Shown: positions 18,878 through 28,648, counted from the first letter of the stretch. The stretch: DNA of 64,000 bases from an uncultured Ruminococcus sp. (GCA_964522215.1 CAZFVR010000002.1:53880-117879); one strand, 5' to 3'. A program made the numbers and translations. The notes: generated by a model not told the origin, from the letters alone.

Positions 18878-18906
18878 TTGAAAAAAAGATAAAAGTGTGG
18901 TATACT
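18878..18906 (+). promoter_or_regulatory. Promoter of the pheS T-box leader
   Basis: TTGAAA (18878-18883), 17-nt spacer, TATACT (18901-18906) preceded by TGG (extended -10-like). Confidence 0.65.
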
Positions 18907-18912
18907 GTATAT

Positions 18913-19180
18913 ATAAATGCTGTGATGAAGACAGCGGGCGTGGATGGGCGATCCACAGAGAGACCGACAGGGCTGGGAGCGGTCGATCGCGCACGTCTGC
19001 ATTTCGCTTCGGAGCACGGATAGTCAAAGCGAGCGGGCGTATGTCTGCTCGGTCGCCTGTAGCCATCCGCGGTGGGCACCGTTATCTGCCGAGAGTGTCG
19101 ATGCCGCGCGGCCTCGGAATTCGGGTGGTACCGCGGTGTTTTTTGCTCCGTCCTGATCGGGACGGGCTTTTTTTATTCTC
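18913..19180 (+). promoter_or_regulatory. T-box riboswitch leader (presumed Phe-specific) controlling pheS
   Basis: - Canonical T-box sequence AATTCGGGTGGTACCGCGG at 19118-19137.
- GA/K-turn-like TGATGA, AGAGAG and GCTGGGAG stem I elements.
- F-box-like CACCGTTATC.
- UUC triplets at 19003-19005 and 19008-19010. I could not assign the specifier by eye.
- Terminator hairpins ending in T-runs at about 19138-19144 and 19169-19176. Confidence 0.85.
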
Positions 19181-19288
19181 TTTTTTGCCGCCGTCCGTCA
19201 CTCACGGAAAAAATATATAAAAAGGGAAGAGGATCTATGTGTGATCAAAAAAATATAATAGAGATAACCGAAAGGAAATGATCGAAAA

Positions 19289-20302
19289 ATGAAAGAGCTA
19301 CTTCAAAGGATCAGGACAGAGGCGCTTGAGCGTATCGGCGCGGCCGATGCTGATCTTGAATCTCTCAGAGTCCGCTATCTCGGCAAAAAGGGCGAGCTTA
19401 CAGCGGTGCTTCGCGGTATGGCGGGGCTTTCCGCCGAGGAGCGCCCGATAGTCGGCCAGCTTGCCAACCGCGTGCGCGGCGAGATAGAGGAGGCAATTGC
19501 CGAGCGTGCCGCCGCACAAAAGCAAAAGGCACTGGAGGCACAGCTGCTCTCCGAGCGTGTTGATGTGACAGCACCGGGTAAGCTGCCCGAGCGCGGACAC
19601 CGCCACCCTCTCACTGTCGTCCGCCGCGACCTTGAGGAGATCTTTTTGGGCCTTGGCTTCTCGATAGCTGAGGGACCGGAGGTCGAATATGATTATTATA
19701 ACTTCCAAGCGCTGAACATTCCGGAAAATCACCCCGCACGCGATACGCAGGATACTTTTTATATCACTGATAACATCCTTTTGCGCTCGCAGACCTCTCC
19801 GGTTCAGGTCAGAGTTATGGAAAAGCAAAAGCCGCCGATAAGGATAGTCTCCCCCGGCCGCGTTTACCGCTCTGATGATGTTGATGCCACCCACTCGCCG
19901 CTCTTCCATCAGTTTGAGGGACTTGTGGTCGATCGCGGCATCACGATGGGCGACCTCAAGGGTATGCTTGAGCTGTTTGCCAAGAATATGTTCGGTGAGG
20001 ATACCCGCATCCGCTTCCGCCCGCATCACTTCCCGTTCACCGAGCCGTCGGCGGAGGTCGATGTATCCTGCTTTGCCTGCGGCGGCAAGGGCTGTCGCTT
20101 TTGCAAGGGCGAGGGCTGGATAGAGATACTCGGCGCAGGTATGGTGCACCCGCACGTGCTCAGCGGTTGCGGCATAGACCCGGAGGAATATTCCGGCTTT
20201 GCCTTTGGACTCGGCATCGAGCGTATAGCACTGCTTAAGTATCATATTGATGATATGCGCCTGCTGTATGAAAACGATATCCGCTTTATTTCCCAGTTTT
20301 GA
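19289..20302 (+). CDS. pheS: Phenylalanine--tRNA ligase alpha subunit
   Basis: 337 aa. Class II motifs are present (..[10 protein letters not shown].., ..[17 protein letters not shown].., ..[19 protein letters not shown]). Confidence 0.94.
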   Translation: MKELLQRIRTEALERIGAADADLESLRVRYLGKKGELTAVLRGMAGLSAEERPIVGQLANRVRGEIEEAIAERAAAQKQKALEAQLLSERVDVTAPGKLPERGHRHPLTVVRRDLEEIFLGLGFSIAEGPEVEYDYYNFQALNIPENHPARDTQDTFYITDNILLRSQTSPVQVRVMEKQKPPIRIVSPGRVYRSDDVDATHSPLFHQFEGLVVDRGITMGDLKGMLELFAKNMFGEDTRIRFRPHHFPFTEPSAEVDVSCFACGGKGCRFCKGEGWIEILGAGMVHPHVLSGCGIDPEEYSGFAFGLGIERIALLKYHIDDMRLLYENDIRFISQF

Positions 20303-20384
20303 CGATCTGAGTTCTTTGCCTGTTGGATCTTCTACCCATTAAACAGTGCAGCATAAAGACGTAAAAACAGATCGATCGGATATC

Positions 20385-21278
20385 ATGGACGGTAATAAAG
20401 TTAAAGTAAAAAAATCAACGCCGGGCGGGGTCATGGCGACCGTAACAGACTGGTCACTGCTAACGCTTGGAACGCTTATTTTGACGGTTGGTGTGTATTT
20501 CTTTAAGTACCCCAATAACTTCGCCATGGGAGGCGTTAGCGGCCTTTCGGTGGTGCTGGCAAGGATCCTGCCGTTTGCCACGCCGGCGGGGATCGTTACG
20601 GTGCTAAACGTTTTTTATCTTATCATAGGCTTTATCTTTTTGGGTCGAAAGATAGGTGTGCGCACCGTTTATTGCAGTCTTTTGTTTTCTCTGGCGCTAT
20701 CCGTGCTTGAGGTGGCAGTGCCTATCAGCGCACCGCTTACCGATCAACCCACCCTTGAGCTTTGCTTTGCGGTGCTTCTGCCGGGGCTTGGCTCGGCTCT
20801 CGTGTTTAACCGCGAGGGGTCGACCGGCGGCTCGGATATTTTGGCGCTCATACTCAAAAAGTACCTAAAAATAGAGGTCGGCCGCGCCCTTTTGCTGGCC
20901 GATTGCCTGGTGGTGGCGGTCTCCTTCTTCACCTTTAATGTGCAAACGGGACTTTATTCACTGCTTGGACTGCTTGCAAAGGCGTTTTTGGTGGATTCCG
21001 TCATCGAGAACATCAATATTTCAAAATTCTTTATCATCGTTACCTCAAAGCCCGAGCCTATAATCGAGTATATAAACGCCACGCTCCGCCGCGGCGTTAC
21101 CGAGTGGGATGGCGTTGGTTGCTACACAGGCGAGCGGCGCACCGTGCTTTTGGTGGTAATGAACCGCGCACAGGCCATGAACATGCGCTCCTATGTGCGC
21201 ACGGTGGATAAGGATGCGTTCGTTTTGATATCAAGCTCAAGCGATATCATCGGCAAGGGCTTTAGGCAAACGAGCTGA
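20385..21278 (+). CDS. YitT family membrane protein (DUF2179 C-terminal domain)
   Basis: Polytopic N-terminal part (..GVYFFKYPNNFAMGGVSGLSVVL..) and a C-terminal DUF2179-like domain (..TVLLVVMNRAQAMNMRSYVRTVDKDAFVLISSSSDIIGKGF). The start is uncertain (GTG 20346, ATG 20385 or ATG 20433). Confidence 0.8.
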   Translation: MDGNKVKVKKSTPGGVMATVTDWSLLTLGTLILTVGVYFFKYPNNFAMGGVSGLSVVLARILPFATPAGIVTVLNVFYLIIGFIFLGRKIGVRTVYCSLLFSLALSVLEVAVPISAPLTDQPTLELCFAVLLPGLGSALVFNREGSTGGSDILALILKKYLKIEVGRALLLADCLVVAVSFFTFNVQTGLYSLLGLLAKAFLVDSVIENINISKFFIIVTSKPEPIIEYINATLRRGVTEWDGVGCYTGERRTVLLVVMNRAQAMNMRSYVRTVDKDAFVLISSSSDIIGKGFRQTS

Positions 21279-21398
21279 CAGCGTAATGCATCCTCACCCA
21301 CGGCAGCCGCACGGCGGCGTGCCGATATAAACAAACGTTGAAAAACGTTGACAAAACGAAAGGAAGCTTTCGCCGATGCGAAAGCGATGGTCATAAAA

Positions 21399-23792
21399 AT
21401 GATCCTATCTCTTGAATGGCTCTCGGAGTTTGTAGATACCGCGGGCATAGATGCAGTCGGTTTTTGCGACAGGATGACGGCGACCGGCTCAAAGGTCGAG
21501 GGCTATGAGGTTCTTGGCGACAATATACAAAATGTAAAGGTGGGGCGCATAGTCGGTCTTCGCCCCCATGAAAACAGCGATCATCTTCAAATATGCGATA
21601 TCGATATCGGCACAGGCGATACGGTGCAGATAGTCACCGGTGCGCAAAACGTATTTGAGGGTGCAATAGTTCCCGCGGCCATCGCCGTGGCGCACCTGCC
21701 CGGGGATGTTACCATAAAGGCGGGCAAGCTGCGCGGCGTGCCGTCAAACGGTATGCTCTGCTCCATCGAGGAGCTTGATGTTGACGAGCATTATATGCCC
21801 GGCGCGGATAATAACGGTATACTGATACTCGGCGAGGAGTACGCCCCCATGATCGGTCATGATATCTGCGAGGCACTGCGCCTTCGCGATACCGCAGTTG
21901 AGTTTGAGATCACTCCCAACCGCCCGGATTGCCTCTCGGTCATAGGTCTGGCACGTGAGGCCGCCGTGTCCTTTGAGCGCCCGCTCAAGCTGCATACCCC
22001 TGTGGTCCGCGGCTCGGGAGACGGCGATAAGATAGAAAACTATCTCTCGGTCAAAATAGATGATCCCGAGCTCTGCCCCCGCTATACTGCAAGAGTCGTT
22101 AAAAACGTAAAGATAGCCCCCTCTCCGCTTTGGATGAGGGCAAGACTGCGCGCCTCCGGCGTTCGTCCCATAAACAATATCGTTGATATTACAAACTATG
22201 TAATGCTTGAGTATGGTCAGCCCATGCACGCATTTGACTATAAGTGCCTTGACGGTTCGGCCATCACAGTGCGCCGCGCTGCGGAAGGCGAGGCGTTCCG
22301 CTCGCTTGACGATAAGGAGCATACGCTTGATTCCAAAACGCTGGTGATCTCGGATGATAAAAAGGCCGTAGCCCTTGCCGGCATCATGGGCGGCGCCAAC
22401 AGCGAGATAACCAATGCCACCGCAACCGTTGTGTTTGAAAGTGCAAACTTCCTTGGCGCATCGGTACGTGTTTCCGCCAAAAAGCAGGGCATGAGGACAG
22501 AAAGCTCCGCCCGCTTTGAAAAGGGACTTGATCCCGAAAACACCATGCCCGCCATCGAGCGCGCCTGCGAGCTTGTTGAGCTTTTGGGCGCGGGTGATGT
22601 AGTGGATGGCTTTATCGATCTTTACCCCGGCCGCCGCGAGCCTCGCCATGTCGGCTTTAATGCGGATAAGATCAACGCCTTCCTCGGTACTTCGGTCCCT
22701 GAGGACTACATGCGCCGCGTGCTCGGTGAGCTTGGCTTTGAGCTTGCGGGGGGCGATGCTGCCATCCCCTCCTGGCGCGATGATGTGCTGGGCAATGCCG
22801 ACCTTGCGGAGGAGGTCATCCGCATGTACGGCTATGATACCATCGAGTCCACTCTCATGTGCGCCCGCACGACAGAGGGCAAGCGCACCGAAAAGCAAAA
22901 GTTTGAATTGATGCTTGAGGAGGCGCTGGTCGGCATGGGGCTCTCCGAGATAGAGACCTTCTCCTTTATCAGCCCCAAGTACTATGATAAGATAGGCATG
23001 CCCGCCGATGATGCAAGGCGTCGTTCTGTAGTCATCCGTAACCCGCTGGGGGAGGATACCAGCGTTATGCGCACCACTGCGCTCCCCTCAATGCTTGAGG
23101 TGCTGGCAAGAAACAATAATTTTAATAACGAGAGACTGCGCCTTTATGAAATGGCAACGATCTATCTGCCGAGCGACGAGGAGGGCGCACTCCCTGCCGA
23201 GCCTACATCCCTCACCATCGGCATGTACGGCGATTGCGATTTCTATACCGTCAAGGGCGTTGCCGAAAAGCTTTGCGAGCTTGCGGGCGTTAAGGCCAAA
23301 TACCAGGCCGTGCGTGATGATGCTACCTTCCATCCGGGCCGCTGTGCCGCCGTGTACGCGGGCGAGGATAAAATAGGTGTGCTGGGTCAGATCCACCCCA
23401 CTGTTGCCGCAAACTACGGTGTAGATGTTCCGGTCTATGCGGCCGAGATCAGAGTGCCCGCGCTTATGGCGCACTGCGGCGGCGAGATAGAATATCGCCC
23501 ACTGCCCAAATATCCCGCCGTTACCCGCGACCTCTCCTTTGTTTGCGATGAGGAGCTTGAGGTAGGCAGGGTAGAGGAGGTCATCCGCGGAGCCGTGGGT
23601 AAGCTTGTTGAGGATATCAAGCTGTTTGATATCTATCGCGGCGTACAGCTCGGCGCCGGCAAAAAGAGCGTTTCAATGCGCGTTACCCTGCGCGCCGCCG
23701 ACAGAACGCTCACACAGGAGGAGACCGAAAAGGATACAAAGAAGATCCTCGCCGCCCTCGAACGTGACCTCGGCGTTAAACTCAGAGGCTGA
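21399..23792 (+). CDS. pheT: Phenylalanine--tRNA ligase beta subunit
   Basis: I place the start at ATG 21399 (MILSLEWLSEFVD, the canonical PheT N-terminus). tRNA-binding, B3/4, B5 and FDX-ACB regions are recognisable. Confidence 0.93.
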   Translation: MILSLEWLSEFVDTAGIDAVGFCDRMTATGSKVEGYEVLGDNIQNVKVGRIVGLRPHENSDHLQICDIDIGTGDTVQIVTGAQNVFEGAIVPAAIAVAHLPGDVTIKAGKLRGVPSNGMLCSIEELDVDEHYMPGADNNGILILGEEYAPMIGHDICEALRLRDTAVEFEITPNRPDCLSVIGLAREAAVSFERPLKLHTPVVRGSGDGDKIENYLSVKIDDPELCPRYTARVVKNVKIAPSPLWMRARLRASGVRPINNIVDITNYVMLEYGQPMHAFDYKCLDGSAITVRRAAEGEAFRSLDDKEHTLDSKTLVISDDKKAVALAGIMGGANSEITNATATVVFESANFLGASVRVSAKKQGMRTESSARFEKGLDPENTMPAIERACELVELLGAGDVVDGFIDLYPGRREPRHVGFNADKINAFLGTSVPEDYMRRVLGELGFELAGGDAAIPSWRDDVLGNADLAEEVIRMYGYDTIESTLMCARTTEGKRTEKQKFELMLEEALVGMGLSEIETFSFISPKYYDKIGMPADDARRRSVVIRNPLGEDTSVMRTTALPSMLEVLARNNNFNNERLRLYEMATIYLPSDEEGALPAEPTSLTIGMYGDCDFYTVKGVAEKLCELAGVKAKYQAVRDDATFHPGRCAAVYAGEDKIGVLGQIHPTVAANYGVDVPVYAAEIRVPALMAHCGGEIEYRPLPKYPAVTRDLSFVCDEELEVGRVEEVIRGAVGKLVEDIKLFDIYRGVQLGAGKKSVSMRVTLRAADRTLTQEETEKDTKKILAALERDLGVKLRG

Positions 23793-23869
23793 TGGTTAAC
23801 GGCAGACGGCGATGCCAAGCTTCGCTGTCTCCGAATAACACACCGACACGAAAACAATGACATAAAGAT

Positions 23870-23914
23870 CCGCCCCTGCCATAGGCTGATGCCTATGGCA
23901 GGGGCGGTGTTTTA
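23870..23914. terminator. Bidirectional terminator between pheT and glnN
   Basis: Stem CCGCCCCTGCCATAGGC/GCCTATGGCAGGGGCGG (two-nt TG centre, so a slightly shorter stem closes a usable loop), followed by TGTTTTA on the + strand. It sits between convergent genes. Confidence 0.8.
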
Positions 23915-23952
23915 TCTGGCAGGTGCGGCGTTTAACGGTCAGGGGCGGGATG

Positions 23953-26109
23953 TCACCTCACGCCAAAAAGCAGCTCCCCGTAGGTGGGGTAGGGCCAGCG
24001 GTCGGCGGCGGTAAGCGATTCCGCCTCGTCCACCGCCGCGCGCAGTTCCTGCATGGCAAGGAATATGCGGTCGCGGTAGCCGCAAGCGCGATCATACGCG
24101 CCGTCCATGGTCTTGACCTCATAAAGCGCGGTCTCAAGGCGTTCGCACCTTGTGTCTATCATGCCGATAAGGGTGGAAAGCTTTGCGGCAAGCTTTGCTT
24201 CATACCCCGCGCCTACCTCTGCGCCAAGCTCGGAGGCAAGGCGTTGTTTTTTAAGTGCTGTATCAGCCACCTCGCCGGAATAGGAGCTTACGGCGGGCAG
24301 TATCTCGCGGCGTACCATGTCTATCATTGTCATGGCCTCAATGTTCAGCAGCTTGCAGTAGTTATCAAGCAGTATCTCATAGCGCGAGTGAGCCTCCTCG
24401 GCGGTGTAGATCTTGTGGCGCGTAAACAGCTCTATGTTTTCCGGTGCAATGAGATAGGGCAGGCAGTCGGGCGTGGTGCGCAGGTTAAGCAGACCGCGCC
24501 GCTCTGCCTCGGCGAGCCATGCATCGTCATAGCCGTTGCCGTTAAATATTATGCGCTTATGCTCGTGTATGGTGCGGCGTATCAGATCATGCAGGGCAGT
24601 GCCGAGATCCTCAGCTCCCTCAAGCTCGTCCGCAAACTGCCTCAGTGATTCGGCCACTGCGGTGTTGAGCATAATGTTGGCGGTGGCGATGGATGCGGAG
24701 GAGCCGAGCATGCGGAACTCAAATTTATTACCGGTAAAGGCGAGCGGGGAGGTGCGGTTGCGGTCTGTGGTGTCGCGCGGGAGCTTGGGCAGTACATGTA
24801 CGCCAAGCTTCAGCGGCGTTTTGTCGGCAGTGGAATACCCCTTGTCGTTTTCTATCGCATCAAGTATCTCGCCCAGGTCGTCACCAAGAAAGATGGATAC
24901 AACGGCGGGCGGGGCTTCGTTTGCGCCAAGACGATGGTCGTTACCCGCAGAGGCAACAGAGAGGCGCAAAAGGTCTTGGTGCTCATCCACTGCTTTTATA
25001 ACTGCGCTGAGGAAGAGCAAAAACTGTGCGTTCTCATGCGGTGTGTCGCCGGGTGCAAAAAGATTTACTCCGGTGTTGGTCTGTATCGACCAGTTGTTGT
25101 GCTTGCCCGAGCCGTTTACACCCGCAAAGGGCTTTTCATGCAAAAGGCAAACAAGCCCGTGCCGCTTTGCGATGCTTTGCATCAGCTCCATGGTGAGCTG
25201 ATTGTGGTCGGTGGCGATATTTGTGGTGGTAAATATGGGGGCAAGCTCATGCTGCGCGGGGGCGGCCTCATTGTGCTCGGTCTTTGCCAGCACGCCGAGA
25301 TGCCACAGCTCGCGGTCAAGATCCTCCATAAATTCCGCCACGCGCGGCTTTATCGTGCCAAAATAGTGATCGTCCAGCTCCTGCCCCTTGGGGGGCTTTG
25401 CGCCAAAAAGGGTGCGGCCGGTAAATATCAGGTCGCGGCGGCGATCGTACATCTCTTTATCTATCAAAAAATATTCCTGCTCAGGACCTACCGTTGCCTT
25501 GGTGGAGGTAACATCATTGTTGCCCAAAATGCGCAAAACGCGCATCGTTTGACGGTTAAGTGCCTCCATCGAGCGCAAAAGCGGCGTTTTTTTGTCAAGA
25601 GCCGCACCGCCAAAGGAGCAGAATGCGGTGGGGATATAAAGCGTTTTGCCCTTTACAAAGGCATAGGAGGTGGGGTCCCACGCTGTGTAGCCGCGTGCCT
25701 CAAAGGTGGCGCGCAGTCCGCCGGAGGGGAAGGAGGAGGCATCCGGCTCGCCCTTTATCAGCTCGCGCCCGGAGAATTCCATTATCACCTTTCCGTTTGC
25801 GGTGGGGGTGATAAAGGAGTCGTGCTTTTCGGCGGTGATGCCGGTCATGGGCTGGAACCAGTGGGTAAAATGCGTGGCACCCTTGGAGACGGCCCAGTCC
25901 TTCATTGCCGCGGCGACCGCGTTTGCAATGCCAAGGTCAAGCGAGCGGCCGTCCTCTATCGTCCGCTTCATTGCGTCATATGCATCCTTGGGGAGGCGCG
26001 TTTTCATGGCGGCATCGTCAAATACCATGTCGCCGAAATATTCGGGAATGCAGCGGTCGTCCGGTGTGTAGCTTGTGTTTTGTGTGCCTGTGGCGGTTTG
26101 GTAAGTCAT
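23953..26109 (-). CDS. glnN: Glutamine synthetase, type III
   Basis: 718 aa. The N-terminus ..IPEYFGDMVFDDAAMKTRLPKDAYDAM.. and the ..HFTHWFQPMTG.. block are typical of GSIII. Confidence 0.9.
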   Translation of the reverse strand: MTYQTATGTQNTSYTPDDRCIPEYFGDMVFDDAAMKTRLPKDAYDAMKRTIEDGRSLDLGIANAVAAAMKDWAVSKGATHFTHWFQPMTGITAEKHDSFITPTANGKVIMEFSGRELIKGEPDASSFPSGGLRATFEARGYTAWDPTSYAFVKGKTLYIPTAFCSFGGAALDKKTPLLRSMEALNRQTMRVLRILGNNDVTSTKATVGPEQEYFLIDKEMYDRRRDLIFTGRTLFGAKPPKGQELDDHYFGTIKPRVAEFMEDLDRELWHLGVLAKTEHNEAAPAQHELAPIFTTTNIATDHNQLTMELMQSIAKRHGLVCLLHEKPFAGVNGSGKHNNWSIQTNTGVNLFAPGDTPHENAQFLLFLSAVIKAVDEHQDLLRLSVASAGNDHRLGANEAPPAVVSIFLGDDLGEILDAIENDKGYSTADKTPLKLGVHVLPKLPRDTTDRNRTSPLAFTGNKFEFRMLGSSASIATANIMLNTAVAESLRQFADELEGAEDLGTALHDLIRRTIHEHKRIIFNGNGYDDAWLAEAERRGLLNLRTTPDCLPYLIAPENIELFTRHKIYTAEEAHSRYEILLDNYCKLLNIEAMTMIDMVRREILPAVSSYSGEVADTALKKQRLASELGAEVGAGYEAKLAAKLSTLIGMIDTRCERLETALYEVKTMDGAYDRACGYRDRIFLAMQELRAAVDEAESLTAADRWPYPTYGELLFGVR

Positions 26110-26194
26110 GCGTGTACCTTTGCTCTTGCCATGGCAAGAGCATCCTTTTTTATGTCAATTTTATATCATTGTGTGATCAAACGGAGAAAATAAA

Positions 26195-26243
26195 GAAACA
26201 AAAAACAAAAAGAGGCAGTGATGCCACAGTGGCGCCATTGCCT
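26195..26243 (-). promoter_or_regulatory. Terminator-like hairpin plus U-tract in the glnN 5-prime leader (candidate attenuator)
   Basis: Reverse-strand RNA AGGCAAUGGCGCCACUGUGGCAUCACUGCCU (imperfect hairpin, 26213-26243) followed by CUUUUUGUUUUUUGUUU. It lies between the promoter and the start codon. Confidence 0.5.
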
Positions 26244-26254
26244 TTAATGCGATA

Positions 26255-26283
26255 ATTATACACGAACAGCGCCGAGTTGTCAA
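26255..26283 (-). promoter_or_regulatory. Consensus sigma-A promoter of glnN
   Basis: On the reverse strand: TTGACA (26278-26283), 17-nt spacer, TATAAT (26255-26260). Confidence 0.7.
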
Positions 26284-26402
26284 TAGCTTTTTGAAAAAAA
26301 TACGATCTTCTGTTCTATATAGGCGAATATTGTGACAGAGTGAGACGTGTCTGTCGTTCATTAATGTCCTACAAAGTTAATCTTTAATTCAATCTTTGCT
26401 TG

Positions 26403-26431
26403 TTGACAGGTAAACTATATTGCGGTATAAT
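26403..26431 (+). promoter_or_regulatory. Consensus sigma-A promoter of the ANTAR-guaA operon
   Basis: TTGACA (26403-26408), 17-nt spacer, TATAAT (26426-26431). Confidence 0.7.
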
Positions 26432-26466
26432 TTTATTTGATAACTATTTCTGCGGGAGGTGCGACT

Positions 26467-27084
26467 GTGTCTGATATCAAGTCATACGAGTCTGTTATGC
26501 TCCCGATTTGGGTGGTGTCATCTCCGGGCAGATCAGCCGATGGGATAATGTCCTACCTGCGCGAGGGAGCCTCGGCTGCTCCCGCCCTTCCGTTTGCGGC
26601 GCCGATACATCTTGTAAGCCTTGCCGAGGCAAGGCGCGAATGCACGGCCGCGGAGGCGCGCGGAGTGGTTATCATCAACTCTCCGCTGTGTGACGGCGAT
26701 GGTATAAAGCTCGCTGACGAGTTGACTGCCATCGGGCATATGACGCTGGTCATCCTGCCGCAGGAGCGTTACCCCGCCGCCCGCGCGGCGGCCGCAGAGG
26801 GTGTATTTATCCTGCCGCGACCGATATCCGAAAGTGTTATGTTTTCGGTGCTTTGGCTGCTTGCTACCGCTTGCGTTCGAGTGAACGGAGGGGGCGGCGG
26901 CAAGCGCGAGATAGCACAGCGCATGGACGAGATAAAAATAGTTGACAGGGCCAAATGGCTCCTTATCGATTACCTTAAGATGAGCGAGGCGCAGGCGCAC
27001 CGATATATCGAAAAGCAAGCGATGGACCAGCGCATTACCCGTCTTGAAGCCGCAAAAAACATTTTGAAAACCTATCTCGGCTAA
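26467..27084 (+). CDS. ANTAR domain RNA-binding antiterminator with receiver-like N-terminal domain
   Basis: The C-terminal ..IKIVDRAKWLLIDYLKMSEAQAHRYIEKQAMDQRITRLEAAKNIL.. is a clear ANTAR domain. GTG start at 26467, 7 nt after GGGAGG (the track start 26437 is TTG). Confidence 0.8.
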   Translation: MSDIKSYESVMLPIWVVSSPGRSADGIMSYLREGASAAPALPFAAPIHLVSLAEARRECTAAEARGVVIINSPLCDGDGIKLADELTAIGHMTLVILPQERYPAARAAAAEGVFILPRPISESVMFSVLWLLATACVRVNGGGGGKREIAQRMDEIKIVDRAKWLLIDYLKMSEAQAHRYIEKQAMDQRITRLEAAKNILKTYLG

Positions 27085-27118
27085 TGCCGCGATGGGACGA
27101 AAGGACTACGCACATACC

Positions 27119-28648
27119 ATGAACAACCAAACCATCGTCATTCTTGATTTCGGAGGACAGTACAAAGAGCTTATCGCCCGCCGCGTACGCGAGTGTGGCG
27201 TATACTCGGTGATCCTGCCCTACGATACCGATGCTGACAGGATCGCCGCCCTAAAGCCGATAGGCTTGATCTTTACCGGCGGACCTAACAGCGTGTACGA
27301 GGCGGGCTCGCCGAAATGCTCGCCCGATATCTTCAAGCTTGGCGTGCCGATACTCGGCATCTGCTACGGCATGCAGCTGATCTGCCATATGTTTGGCGGA
27401 GAGGTGGTGGCCTGCCACTCCAGTGAATACGGAACGGTGGATGCAAAGGTGGATACGAGCACAGATCTGTTTTCCCGCCTATCCGCCGAACAACCGGTGC
27501 TTATGAGCCATACCGATATGGTCCAAAGATTGCCGGAGGGCTTCCGCATCATAGCGCAAACGCCGTTTTGTCGCATAGCAGGCTTTGAAAATTACGGTGA
27601 ACGGATATTCGGCGTGCAGTTCCATCCCGAGGTCGAAAATACCGCAAATGGTATGAAAATGATAAATAATTTTCTCTATCGCGTCTGCGGCGCGGTAGGG
27701 GATTATTCAATGGAGGATTACCTCAGCCGCAAGGTGGCGGAGGTGCGCTCCTTGGTAGGCAACAGGCGCGTTCTGCTGGGCCTTTCCGGTGGAGTGGATT
27801 CCTCTGTTTGCGCCGCACTGCTGGCCAGGGCAATACCCGGTCAGGTGGTGTGCATATATGTAGATCACGGCTTTATGCGTGAGGGCGAGACAGACCAGAT
27901 ACGCGAGGTCTTTGAGGGGCGCGAGCTTGAATTTGTGTATGTTGATGCAAAGGAGAGATTTTTGTCCGCGATCGCGGGCGTGACCGATCCCGAGGAAAAG
28001 CGCAAGCTGATAGGCGCAGAATTTGCTCGCACCTTTGAGGATGAGGCAAAGCGGCACGGCTCACCGGAATTTTTGGCGCAGGGAACTATCTATCCCGATG
28101 TCGTTGAATCGGGATCAAAAAACCGCTCCGCCGTGATAAAGAGCCACCACAACGTTGGCGGACTGCCGAAGGACCTGGGCTTTGTCGGCGTTATCGAGCC
28201 GCTGGCGGGACTTTTCAAGGACGAGGTGCGCCGCCTTGGCGTATTGCTGGGCCTCCCCAAAAAGCTCGTGTGGCGCCAGCCCTTCCCCGGTCCCGGACTT
28301 GCCATACGCATCGTAGGCGAGGTCACGGAGGAAAAGTTGAATATGCTCCGCTGTGTCGATGCCATCGTGCGCGAGGAGATGGGGCGTTGCCGCGCCAAGG
28401 CCGATCAGTATTTTGCGGTGCTTACCGATACAAAAAGCGTTGGCGTGATGGGCGATTATCGCACATATGAAAACGTTGTGGCCATCCGCGCCGTGCGCAC
28501 GGGGGATTTTATGACCTGCGAATACGCAAAGCTCCCCTACCCATTGCTTACACGTATGTCCTCAAGAATAACCAACGAGGTCCGCGGCGTCAACCGCGTG
28601 GTCTACGATATTACCGCCAAACCCCCGGCAACCATAGAGTGGGAATAA
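27119..28648 (+). CDS. guaA: GMP synthase (glutamine-hydrolysing), full length
   Basis: GATase domain (IVILDFGGQY..GICYGMQL..QFHPE), then the ATP-PPase P-loop (LSGGVDSSV) and the dimerisation C-terminus ..TIEWE. The start is ATG 27119 or 27092. Confidence 0.94.
   Translation: MNNQTIVILDFGGQYKELIARRVRECGVYSVILPYDTDADRIAALKPIGLIFTGGPNSVYEAGSPKCSPDIFKLGVPILGICYGMQLICHMFGGEVVACHSSEYGTVDAKVDTSTDLFSRLSAEQPVLMSHTDMVQRLPEGFRIIAQTPFCRIAGFENYGERIFGVQFHPEVENTANGMKMINNFLYRVCGAVGDYSMEDYLSRKVAEVRSLVGNRRVLLGLSGGVDSSVCAALLARAIPGQVVCIYVDHGFMREGETDQIREVFEGRELEFVYVDAKERFLSAIAGVTDPEEKRKLIGAEFARTFEDEAKRHGSPEFLAQGTIYPDVVESGSKNRSAVIKSHHNVGGLPKDLGFVGVIEPLAGLFKDEVRRLGVLLGLPKKLVWRQPFPGPGLAIRIVGEVTEEKLNMLRCVDAIVREEMGRCRAKADQYFAVLTDTKSVGVMGDYRTYENVVAIRAVRTGDFMTCEYAKLPYPLLTRMSSRITNEVRGVNRVVYDITAKPPATIEWE

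Noticed and set aside
24796-26193. 465-aa forward ORF across glnN. Similar long antisense ORFs lie over pheS (19298-20245), pheT (21744-22898), rplB (47926-48843), secY (55788-56876) and manA (41344-42096).
   Set aside because: All are antisense to genes with strong family signatures. None has an SD, a plausible start or recognisable motifs.
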